The translations under genes were made by a program, and so were the position numbers. A stretch of 64,000 nucleotides of DNA. Source: Chara braunii. Taxonomy: Eukaryota > Plantae > Charophyceae. The stretch spans positions 2,485,098 to 2,549,097 of the forward strand of contig BFEA01000034.1 in NCBI GenBank assembly GCA_003427395.1. Direction: 5' to 3'. How positions within the stretch are numbered: position 1 is the stretch's first letter; the number at the start of each line of letters is the position of its first letter. The notes beneath the pieces were generated by a model that did no database searches, was not told the DNA's origin, and saw only the letters and a list, made by a program, of their open reading frames with translations. Shown here piece by piece: positions 50,455 to 61,143 of this stretch.

Positions 50455-51746
50455 TGTTACATGCTGCGCCTGCACACGAGGGTCATTTTCCAGGCCCTGC
50501 GTCCCTCAGGCTGAAAGCCTGAAAACCAGGGCCTGCAGGCCCCGTGACCATTCAGCTCGAAAGCCTGAAAAACAGGGGCCTACAGACCCTGTGTCGTTTC
50601 ATACTAAAAATGGCAGTAGCCTTTTTAGCCTGAAACGAAGGGCCATTTTCGGTTTGTCATCAGACCGGCCTGCCCTGAAACTCAAGCATCGAACCATGGT
50701 TTTAGGAACAGGCTATTTTTGGCCTGTTCCCACGACAGCCGCAGCGCCAGCCCCTGGCTCAGTTTGGCATTGGCAAGAGCAGCCTCCTGGACTCCCCGCC
50801 CTGCAACTGCAGGCAGTTGGAGGCAGTCAGGAGGCAGACCGAGATAGTACATAGGGATTTCCCATACACTTCACGGGTAGGCAGGAGGCAGTCAGTAGTC
50901 TTCAGGATTCGGCAGCAGCACTCTAGAGGGAGCGCAGCAGGAGTAGTAGTAGTGGTAGCATTAGTCTTCAGCGCTGGGCGCCAGTAGGTAGCTGTAGTCT
51001 TCAGCGTTGGGCGCCATATCTAGGATAGTACTAGAGAGAGAGAGATTGGGCGGAGGCCAGGAGTACCTACCTGCAGCGCCGTTGCTCTAGCTTCGTCTTC
51101 GAGGTACCTGCAGCACAGCGCCAACTTCACAGATTAGTACCTGGCTTGTGAGAGAGAGAGAGCTCTTATTTTCCTCTTCTCAGTCCACCATCTCCCTCTC
51201 ACCCTCTCATTATCTGACTTCACTGCATCAGCAGACTACGAGAGAAGGAGAGAGAGAGAGCTTGGTGACATTGGATCAGACTCGACTTTTGGGCTTCATA
51301 CATTGAGACGAGGGGTTATTTGGGACTTGTGACAAAGACTTGGTGTTGACGACACTCCCATCTTTCCCCCTCTTCTTCGTCTGATCCCCTCCTCTTCGTA
51401 TGTGTATGTCTGGACCTGGGGCTTCCTTCCTGTGTAATAGCGTCAGGCTCCTTCACACTTTGTGATGAGCATGATGTATTTTTGGTCTGCGTTGAAACAT
51501 TGATTGGGCTAGCCACTAGTATTCTAGCGTTTTGCTTTGATATCTTGTACAACGTGAAAGAGGTCAGTCCCGGTCAGGTCAGGATTTGTATCTCAATCTT
51601 CCCTGCGCTATTCAGCACCATTTGGTATGTATCGGAATGTACATTGTTTGTTGAGATTCTACTTGCACTGTATTGTCCATTCAGTCTTTTTCATCACATT
51701 ACGGATCCTCGGTTATTGTGTACATCGCCCAATTGGGCATGTAACA
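50455..51746 (+). repeat. 5' LTR of a Ty3/gypsy element
   Basis: Perfect 10-bp terminal inverted repeat TGTTACATGC...GCATGTAACA, followed by a PBS. Confidence 0.92.
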
Positions 51747-51748
51747 GT

Positions 51749-51760
51749 TGGTATCAAAGC
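51749..51760 (+). promoter_or_regulatory. Primer-binding site (tRNA-iMet)
   Basis: TGGTATCAAAGC 2 nt after the LTR. Confidence 0.9.
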
Positions 51761-52536
51761 ACCGCATGTGAATCAGGACAATCTGATCTGACACGTGTGC
51801 GGGGACTAGGTAGCTGATTAGTCTTGATAGATTGATTAGAGCACACTAGTTAGCCCCCAAAATCACGATTTTGACCTTACTGCAGAAAATCGGAAAAAAA
51901 AAATTATCTCTTCTTGGATTTTGTTTTCTCACTATTTCTGTTGTGGAAAATCGCAATAGCGCAACATCTGAAATTTTCATTTTCGTTTTTTCTTCTGAAA
52001 TTTTGAAATTTCATTGTTGAAAATCCGGAATATCCTTCTTTTCCAAAATTTCAATTTCCTGTTGCATTTCCCGTTACTTGGAAATTTGGAATATTTTTTT
52101 TTCGAAATTCGTTTTTATGAAAACAGTAGGGGAAATCCCTCCTGCGGGTATTATTTTCCAAACTGCGAATACTCTCATCTGAGTAAGTCCGAATATTTGA
52201 TTTCTTTTCGGATTTTTTTTTCCGCAGTTCTAGGATTCTGTTAGTCAGTTCTATAAATCATTTGCAGTCTGAAGTTCGAAAAAAAAATTCTCATTGATAG
52301 TTTCGCACTTCAAGGGAGGTTGGGAGACCTACTGAACTTGCAAAACTCGGGATTTTTATTTTTTTCGATTTTTTTTTTTGCAAAGTTCAAACTTTTCTTT
52401 TTTGATTAGTGGCTCCGTATCTGGGCGTTATCTAGGCGATTATCCCACCCACCCCTCCCCACCTATGTTGTTGCCACCTCTGGTCTTACCTTCTCTCTCG
52501 GTCCCCGGGTACCCCCTGTGGCGGCATTGGTGAGTT

Positions 52537-52657
52537 GCCACGTCAGCAAGCCACATCAGTAGGACACGCCAGCAGACCACATCAGCAGGCCACGTCAGCA
52601 GGCCACGTCAGCAGGCCACGTCAGCCGACAGAGCAGGAAATACCACGTCAGCAGGCC
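52537..52657. repeat. 13-bp minisatellite GCCACGTCAGCAG (7 tandem + 1)
   Basis: Direct reading, just upstream of the gag ATG. Confidence 0.95.
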
Positions 52658-52697
52658 CTCGCCCTGGTCTATGCTGTTGCGTTCACAAATAGCCGTC

Positions 52698-54090
52698 ATG
52701 GACCAGAGGTCCGGGGAAACAGACGAGGCCTATCAGGCCCGGATGCTGGCCTGGAGTACCGAAACGAAGAGACGGGCGGGCGATGCAGCAACAGCAACGA
52801 AGAAGAAGGCAGAGGACGCCGAGCAAGCACGTCTGCTGGCACTGGAACAGCAGCGCCAGCACAACGAGGCAGCAACAAAGGCTGATGATGAAGAACGAGT
52901 TCAACGGCGGGAGAAAATATTAAGCGGAGAGCAAACTTTGCTCACAATGGCAACGGATTGGCGGGCCGAGGCCGAGAATGGCAAGATGGAGGATAGCGAA
53001 AATAAGATCGCTCTACTCCTCTCTCATCTCACGGACCTCCTGGCAACATGCATTACACAGTAGGAGGACATCCACAGCCTCGACGACGCGCTGACTCAAG
53101 TCCACGGCCGCCTCCGGCAGCTGGAGCAGCGACCTGTCGCCGCCCCCGATGCCAACTCTTCCAACACCTCCGATCGCCTCGAAGCATTGGAGATGGATGT
53201 CGGCTCTCTCAAGGACGACGTGCAGTTACAGCAGACCGCAACGCAACAGTTAGAGCAACGGATCTGTACTACCGCCAACAACTCGAGTTCAGAACCACGC
53301 GAGACTGCTCCAAAGTTTGACGGGCAGGAGATCTTCTGCGGCTCGACGAAGACAGATCCGATTCCATGGTTCCGCAAGTTTGAGCTCACGCTGCAGCTAC
53401 ACTACGTCAAATAACACAAGCACCACGCGTACTTATACTCCCGGTCGGGGGGCACGTGCCAGGCATGGTTGGACAGTAGTAGCTGCAGACTTGCATACCA
53501 AGATCAACTGGGATGTCTGAAGGCAGCGTGGCACAAGCGGTTCCAGGTAGAGCGGTCGGAGATCAAAGCAATGGACAAGCTAATGGTCTTCGAACAAGGC
53601 ACGCTGCCGAGTGTCGACTGGATTGCCGAGTACCAACGCTTGACGTCAGTCCCAGACACCCAGATGGGCTTCAAAGCCATCCGCAACTATTTCATCTCAA
53701 GGTCGTGTCCGACATTAAGCAATGCCTTGACTCACGTCGTGGACACCTTGACGACAACAGCGGAACTCTTCGATAAGGCCGCACAAATTATCATCACGAA
53801 CAAGGAGGCTAAGAACCTGCGTTCGTCTGCGCCAGACCCGAGCAGAGACCAGCATCGGCCAAGAGTGGCCGTGGTCGCGGCGGCAACGTCATTTGACTAA
53901 ACTAGCGAGGCCGTGTCTGCCAATGAAGGGGACAGACTCGCAGCCGCCCGGGAAGGTGGCCACCCCGGCAAAGACCGAGGACGCGGCAAAACGAAGACAA
54001 ACACCGCATCTAGCCCCGGGCCCGGCGCAGCAGCTCTAGCCCCATGGTCCCAATACGGCATCTCCGAGCAAGCATTCAAAGCATGCACGA
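52698..54090 (+). pseudogene. Ty3/gypsy gag (decayed, 3'-truncated; no pol follows)
   Basis: MDQRSGETDEAYQARML coiled-coil N-terminus, PKFDG..F.G..DPIPWFRKFE, AWHKRF, QG..SVDWIAEYQRL; in-frame stops. Confidence 0.88.
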
Positions 54091-54135
54091 CGCGGACACC
54101 TACTGAAGACCCCCCTGGCTAGAGGGCTGCATCAC

Positions 54136-54158
54136 ATATATATATATATATATATATA
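54136..54158. repeat. (TA)n microsatellite
   Basis: Direct reading. Confidence 0.9.
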
Positions 54159-54847
54159 TTTTATTATTTCACTGTTGCTGCAGCAGTTTGGCAACAGTTC
54201 AAGATTCCCCCCTGGCTAGGGGGTTGTGTGACTGTGGCAGTAGGGTGGTTGATCAAGATCTCAGCCAACCCTAGATCATCATCATCTTTTTACTGTTGTG
54301 GCATCACGCCAGCAGCATCTTGAAGGTCAAGATTGGTAGAACTCTGCTCTTGGCCAAGAGTCTGGTATCACCCTTCTAACACTACTCCCTACTCCTACCC
54401 TCCTCTCCAGTCATCCTCCACAACCTTTTTCTCTCGTCTCCTCCCCACTCACCATCCCCCACTAATCTCACCTACCCCTCTCTACCTTTTCTATATCCTT
54501 CTCTCCCATTCTACCACCCTCCTCTCCCCCATCCCTCCCCCAACTACAACCCCATCATCTCCCCCATCTCCCACTTTACTTTTTCTTTCTCTTCTCACTT
54601 ATTTCTCTCCTTTTTCATCACTTTTCCATCTCCCCCCACCCAACTTCGAATTTTTCTGTTTTTCTTCTTTTCTCTTTCTCTTTGATTTAAATTTTCCCTT
54701 TTCCTCCAAAAATTTGAATTATCTTATTCCCTACTTTTTTTCTTATTTTTTTTATTTATTTTTATTTTTATTTTATTTATTCTGAAAATTTGAATTTTTT
54801 TGCGGCACCTCTATATCTTGCTAGGACTTAGTCTTTTCTGGCGTCAG

Positions 54848-55040
54848 CTCACATTTTGACCCCTTGGGGGTAACGAAGTGCTGTCGAAATTTTGTCTTTC
54901 CTCCCTACTTTCTTCTTACCGCACATTTTGACCCCTTGGGGGTAGTGAAGCACTGACCAAATTTTCCCATTTTACTTAGTCTTTTCTTGACGGCATACTT
55001 CGACCCCATGAGGGTAACGAAATGCTACCAAAAATTTTTG
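54848..55040. repeat. ~72-bp imperfect tandem repeat x3 (degenerate 4th copy near 55212)
   Basis: CACATTTTGACCCCTTGGGGGTA..GAAG..CTG.C.AAATTTT near 54850, 54922 and 54994. Confidence 0.8.
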
Positions 55041-55463
55041 AAAAACTCCAAAACTTAGTTTCTCTTCACTCTCCTCCACCCCCTTGTTTATTTATCTATT
55101 TATTTATTTATTATTTATTTATTTATTTAAAATTTTAATTTGCGGCATTTTGAAAGTTAGTGTGCTCCTCTTGCTCTTTCCTGTGCTCCTCTTGCTCTTT
55201 CCTTCCTCTTGGCACATTTTTTACCCATGTGGGATGGGAAAATGCTGCCGAAAATTCCAAAAAAATAAATATTTTTTCTCCTCACTCCTTACATTTTATT
55301 TATTTTTATTTATTATTTTATTTTATTTTTTTATTCTATTTTTTCTCCCCCTCCCCTCCATATTATTTTCTTTCTTGATTAGGTCGCCGCTACCCTCCCC
55401 TAACCACGTAAACTTCGGTTAGGGTTTTCTTAGGGTTTTCTAGGGTTTAGGGTTCTCCTACCC

Positions 55464-55581
55464 NNNNNNNNNNNNNNNNNNNNNNNNNNNNNNNNNNNNN
55501 NNNNNNNNNNNNNNNNNNNNNNNNNNNNNNNNNNNNNNNNNNNNNNNNNNNNNNNNNNNNNNNNNNNNNNNNNNNNNNNNN
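55464..55581. other. Assembly gap (118 N)
   Basis: Run of N. Confidence 1.
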
Positions 55582-55766
55582 CCCTGGACCCGGACGGATC
55601 CTCCCCCCTCGAGCGGTTCGGCGCCTTCGTCTCACGCGGGACCCGCAAAATCCGGGGTGAACCGACTCACACATACTCACTCCGCTCTCGTGGTCCCCTT
55701 CCTCTTACCGGTGGGCCCCTTTCCCCACCCACTCCTCTGAGGACGACCTCCATTCCCCTTTCGGCC

Positions 55767-57190
55767 ATGGAAGAGAGTTCATTGGAGGAAATCGCCGCGG
55801 CGCAATCCACATCCTAGGTCAGCGCGCAGGCAACGGCTTATGGTCAGGACCATGCGGACACCATGGACCTTCATGTGCCCTTATAGCGATCAAGGCGCAA
55901 CTTAGTACGCTTGGACCATTGCAAGCGCAAATCAATGCGCTTGCCCTCGACGTCAACTGCCTCAAGGGCTCCCCTCATCGTTCTCCCCATCCCTCTCACA
56001 CCCCATCCCCTACCGGCTCCGAGTCCGGCTCCCCACGACTCCAGACACGGAGACATCGTGGTTCCCCCTCCTCTGCGGGCCAGGCCCAACACTCCCCCTC
56101 AGCAGTGGCGAGTGCTGCTGCCGCTCAAACCACCCCGTCTGTTGCGACAGTTCTCCCGGCCCCGGCCGCCCCTACCGTCTCTACTGTTGCCGCAGGTGCT
56201 GCGGTCCAGATACCACCATCTGGCCCCGCAGTTTCATCGACCCACCCCGGTGTTGCTTCCCAGCTTCCCGCACCGGTCGTGGCAATACGGCTCCGCCCTC
56301 TTCTTCCTGTCTTCGTCCCCCTACCCCCACAGCGGGGTACCACCCAGGCTGGGATTCCTCCTCCCACAGGGAGACCCGCTCCGCCTCCTCCACCTCCGAC
56401 CTCGCGCACCCAGCGAGTGGCCACTTTACAGGCCACCATTGCACAGGCTCAGGCGGAGATCCTCGCTCTGAGACAGCCTCACCCATCACAGGCTGCCCAC
56501 CCTTCTTCCTCTACCACCCCTTCGGTCCCCATGATGCAGGCTCGTTTCCCTCGACCTGCTCCTCAGCCTCTTCCCTCCTACCTGGTTATTCCGGGACAGC
56601 TGCCCACGGTCGTTGTCTCCTCGTCTGCTGGTCCATCTGCCAGCGGCCACGGCCCACAGCCTTCCCCCACCTCTGCCCCTGCAGCGACCCCGACTTACGC
56701 CGCCGCAGTGCACTCGCCTCGATCTCTCTCCCCCCGCCATCAGCACAGCAGACATCCTCCTGTGCGCACCACGGACATTCCCGAATATGATGGCACATCT
56801 CGTGTCTCTCGCTAGCTGCAGATAGCAACGCGCACACTCTCTATGATGACCACCCGTCAGGAGTTGTGGTGCGATGTGCTCGCAACCAAATTACGAGGTA
56901 GTCGTTCTCAAGTGTGGGAGGATCATTATACCCAACACCTCCGCGTGAGTGAGGTCCCCACTCTGACCGACTTTGCGGCCTTCCTTCAGGGCCGCTTCGG
57001 CGCTCGTCATGACGCCACCGACGGCTTAGACCGCGTCACCTAGACCAGATGGTCCGGGTCCTCCGTACCGGCCGACCTGGAGCGTTACATCCGGGTGTTT
57101 CAAGACGCTCGCCTTGTCTGTGACGAGACGTTCCTACCAGAGGTCACACTCACCGACCGGTTCCTCGTCAACCTACCGACTGACTACAGC
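55767..57190 (+). pseudogene. Ty3/gypsy gag, N-terminal part (Pro/Ala-rich linker, capsid region), decayed
   Basis: DIPEYDG, KLRG...W, FAAFLQGRFG, YIRVF, DRFLVNLP; in-frame stops. Confidence 0.75.
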
Positions 57191-57466
57191 GGTAAATACT
57201 AGGCCAGGAGTTCCACAAATAAGTGATGAGACCATGTGGAGAGTCATCCGGCGAGAGGTAGGTTGGGGCGCGACCTACATAGATGATCTCTACCGGTTGT
57301 ACGAACAGCCAGAGGAGGCTACTGCTCCCGGGGGTATAGAGGGATAGTTGGGACTAGAAAAGAGAAATGAAAAAATGAAGGGCAAGGGAGGCAGTAGGTG
57401 GGCAGATTTTGAAGATTGCCTGTAACCCTTTCTATGTGGACTATACAGGGAATCACCAAGGTAACG

Positions 57467-58159
57467 ATGGCAGCAAGACGTGAGCGAGTTGAACGCCAAC
57501 CCCGTGTGCGAATGGAACGTCACCCCCGGTACCCCGGACCACCCTGGAACAACGGTAGACGATGGGAAGTATCTCTCCCGTCAAGTTCTACCTATCGGGG
57601 GTTCGACGTAGAATGGCGGGCCGTGACTTTGGGAAGGGACGCCGCCTTCATGTTCGTAGAATGTCGGTGGACAGGGATGAGATTCAACCGAGGACCCGGA
57701 GACGATCTGTTCTCCAATCTGGAAGTTACCGGGGCCATGTATTTGCCTGAGATCGGCTGGCACTCGTTGGAGGTAGAGATAGCACAAGGTCACGAGTTGG
57801 CACCGGTCTTTCGAAGGGCCGCCCGGACGTTGACCCGGATAGGACAATCGGTCAGGGGAAGAAGGAACGTGGGCTTACTTACCCGGGTGGAAATGGGAGG
57901 TTGGAGGGAGTTCAGGGCCCCGACCACACCGCTGAGATGCCGAGTGCCCCGTTTTATGATAGACCTCATCTTCGGAAGCCTCGCGAGGGCGCGGGAGCTG
58001 GCAGACTCAGCGATAGTCTGGGTAGGCCAGTTTCCCTACCCTACCATTGGGATGTTCTACGATGTCGCTGTGGAGCATGGGCCGTTCTCGGGAAACAGGA
58101 CCTACGAATTACTAGAAGTCATCCACATCCTGATGTTTTGTGCGCCCCGGCTAGACTAG
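57467..58159 (+). CDS. Hypothetical protein (230 aa), unrecognised domain, copy A
   Basis: Open from ATG 57467; aligns with the 58840-59280 frame (30/109 identities in two gapless blocks). Confidence 0.65.
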   Translation: MAARRERVERQPRVRMERHPRYPGPPWNNGRRWEVSLPSSSTYRGFDVEWRAVTLGRDAAFMFVECRWTGMRFNRGPGDDLFSNLEVTGAMYLPEIGWHSLEVEIAQGHELAPVFRRAARTLTRIGQSVRGRRNVGLLTRVEMGGWREFRAPTTPLRCRVPRFMIDLIFGSLARARELADSAIVWVGQFPYPTIGMFYDVAVEHGPFSGNRTYELLEVIHILMFCAPRLD

Positions 58160-58839
58160 ACGGGGTGCGAACGCATAATCCAAAGGGAAATCGAGATAGG
58201 AGAGAATTATTTAACACGGGTGGCTCAACTATTCGAGGAGCCTACCGAACCGGAAGGGCCACGAGGGCGAGAACGGGACTAGCACCCGCAGGCGAGCCAG
58301 TAGGGCAGATCAAGCACAGTCCGCTGCGTCCGAAGGCCACCGACAAAAATATGCCGAGTCCTGGGTACCGTGCTCGCGACGGTTGAGCTGCACTTGAGGT
58401 ATGGGATAAAACTCTACCGATAGTACCAGCGGAGAGACCATATTGGGGATGGCCGGTGAGGAGATGACCGACCCGTATGTGAGGTTGCCTGTTTTTTTTA
58501 TATGTGTTTCCCCCCCCCCTAAAGATTGATTGAGCTTGGATTGTTGGACGGACACTCTTCTAAGTCTATTCCCCCTCCCTTCTAAGTCCACACGAGTGAG
58601 AGACGATCGGAAGGAAGGAGGATAGAGGTCAATTGGAACGGAACTAAGAGAAAGAATGTAGGCGGATGGATGGCCGACCGAGGGAATTATAGGAAGGGGG
58701 TACTTAGGAAAGGGGAGGTAAAATAGGGAGACCTTGATGAGGGGTCTGAAATAATTATCATCTAGGACAAGGGTTGACCTGACCAAAAGGATCGGTTGGT
58801 GCCTTTTTATGAAAACAGGGGTCGGGTGCTGAAAACAAG

Positions 58840-59283
58840 ATGGCACGATGGTTGCCTTCCCCGATCTCTACCAGCGGCCCGGAAATGCCAGTAGATGTAA
58901 AGGATGGGGTATCGGTCGTCCTCCCGGAAAATGGAACGTGGACGGACCTTGAACCAGCATATCAAACGGTAATGCTGGAAGGAGAGGATGTTTTCCTTTG
59001 GATAGAAACAATATGGACTAATGTCAGCCTGACGAGGTTGTCGCCAAGTTTAATGCATTTGGAATTCTGAGGGATAGTGGAAGTCCGGGGGTGGGTCTAC
59101 TTGTCGCAAGATGGGGAGAAAGCTATGATCATAGAGTTGGCACTCGGGAATACACCGGACGAGTTGTTTAGGAAGGCAGAAGCAGAGGTTATGTGGGTTG
59201 CATGTCAATGGAGGGAAATGAAAATGGAAAAGGTAGATGTACGGGTGGAACTTGGGGATAGAGGAAGCATGAGGCGACCTGTA
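58840..59283 (+). pseudogene. Divergent paralogue (copy B) of the 57467 protein; one in-frame TGA, 3'-truncated
   Basis: ORFs 58840-59070 and 59077+ share a frame; homology to copy A ends where strand composition flips near 59283. Confidence 0.65.
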
Positions 59284-61143
59284 AGAAGCATTCGCCCTTT
59301 CCTCCTTACCCAGAATACCCCATCCCGTCCTGCCGCTTTGCACATCCATACCGACACCGAGGGTTACCTCGAGTGCCTAAAATACAAGGACAAAGTCAGT
59401 CGTCCGGGCATTCACTTCCATCGGTCCGACAAGAATCAGCCTTTCCCAAAACCATGCTACGAGAGGCTACTAATCGCCTTCGAGGCTCCATCTTTGTCCG
59501 CATGCAGTGGTACTCCCCCCGCCAGCCAACAGGCTAAGCCCCGCCTGAGAAAATTTCACACCCCGTCCAGCAAATCATCGAGCCGAAGCCCGTCACCGCT
59601 CGAACGAGAATGCTACTGCCGACAGCTCGGTGGCCTGACCTCCACATACGAACACACGACAACCTACAAAAGAGAACGATGTTTCGCAACCCGCACTGGC
59701 CGGTGCAGACCAATCCTTTCCTTTCGAAAGACAGGACGCTCGAATCCCATCATGCAAACACAAGTCCCAAGTGGGACACACATAGTACAAGTGTCATTCC
59801 CTTGGTGCACCCAGCGCTTCCTACCCATAACTCACAAATTTTCTCTCAGGACAATGAGTGTCACTCCCCCTACTTTCATACATAGTGGTTGGTTCCTTCT
59901 CGTGAGAATCTTCAAGGGTGAGCTAGTTTTCCTTGGAGTCTAGCAACTCCCTTCATTTCCCTTCTCTTCACTTGTCTGTCCTTTCATAGGGTAGGATTGT
60001 TCTTTCTTGATGACCCGTTGTGTTCATATTGGTTCCTTCAATCATTAAAAATGTGCAAAGTGCATGAGCCCGCTGGGCTCAAAGAAGAAGGGGAAACATC
60101 CATTCGGTCGGATCACTCCGCCATGGGATTTTCTTTGGAACCTGGCCTGAGCCAAGCACCAACCGCCTGCCAGGTAACCGGAGCCCTTCTTTCATACGAA
60201 GAGGAAGGGTCGACCTGCGACTTGCCCAAGGCTTCCCCGGACTGGCGAACACCAGCACCGAACGAAGGAGGGCTAAAGCCATTCCGCAAGGAGATGGCTA
60301 ACCAAGTGCAAAACATGTATGTTATTCCTCCAGGCCTGGCCATGCCATGCGCCCAGCCGCCCTCAAATCTGATTTCTCACAAGGAAAAGAGCAAGCACAA
60401 GTCCATTTTTCTTATCTTTGGTTATGTACACGTCAACGCGTCGGGCGCCCCCTTCGAAATCGCAAGGGTCAGTTTAACCCCATACCCGGCATCTCCACCA
60501 TTTTTGTAGGGCCAAACCCCGGTAGACTTTCGAGCCTTAGTCGACCCCACTGCGAGTCCCATTCGGCTCGGCCCGCCCACGCTCATGCTCAGGGCGCGGG
60601 CCATTCGTCCCGAGGTCACCCCCTACCTAGTGCTTTGAGATGGGTGGGGGTGGACCATCGCGCGAGAGAGCTTTGACATTGGGGGTGTAGCTCAGCCCTC
60701 ACGCCAGGTGGTAGTCTCGCTGGTTGTTCCGCAACGCCGATGTTTTTGCTTCTTTGTTGTGTTCTCATGCAATTGCTCCTTCCAATACGCAAGCAGTCCA
60801 AGGGTTCTTTGAGCATTTTTCTTCTATTGTGCGTAGCATCCTTAGGCCACGCACCATTTCCCTAAGCAATGTGGTTATATGGCGTCATCGGGGTGTGGCG
60901 GAGCCGTCCTCCCCCTCGCCTCTACGCATTCCTCGGATCTCACAATTTGCTTCCCACCTTATTGAAGTAGGCCCCTTAATCTTTTCGGGGTCCTCATACG
61001 CATGCACACACAACATCACATTTTCCTTGGCACGATTGCACTCTCAATCACACTTCCAGATATCAATGCGCAAAAGTCATTCTCATGGGTTGACTCTATG
61101 TCAAGGGTCCCATAGCCCCTTCATCCTCTTTTCCTTTTCCTCT
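59284..61143 (-). pseudogene. Decayed antisense ORF(s) of unknown function
   Basis: Purine-rich minus strand; one frame reads as protein-like text (NVMLCVHAYEDPEK..ITTLLREMVRGLRML..KWWRCRVWG..RVDVYITKD..LVLALFLV) with scattered stops. Confidence 0.35.

Noticed and set aside
54848-55260. Spaced repeats as a CRISPR-like array
   Set aside because: Degenerate tandem units with related low-complexity spacers, no cas genes, eukaryotic TE context
55419-55454. True telomere or chromosome end
   Set aside because: Only four irregular units in an internal position
59284-59943. C-terminal two-thirds of the + strand 288-aa ORF as real protein
   Set aside because: Reads across a compositional junction; homology to copy A stops at about 59283
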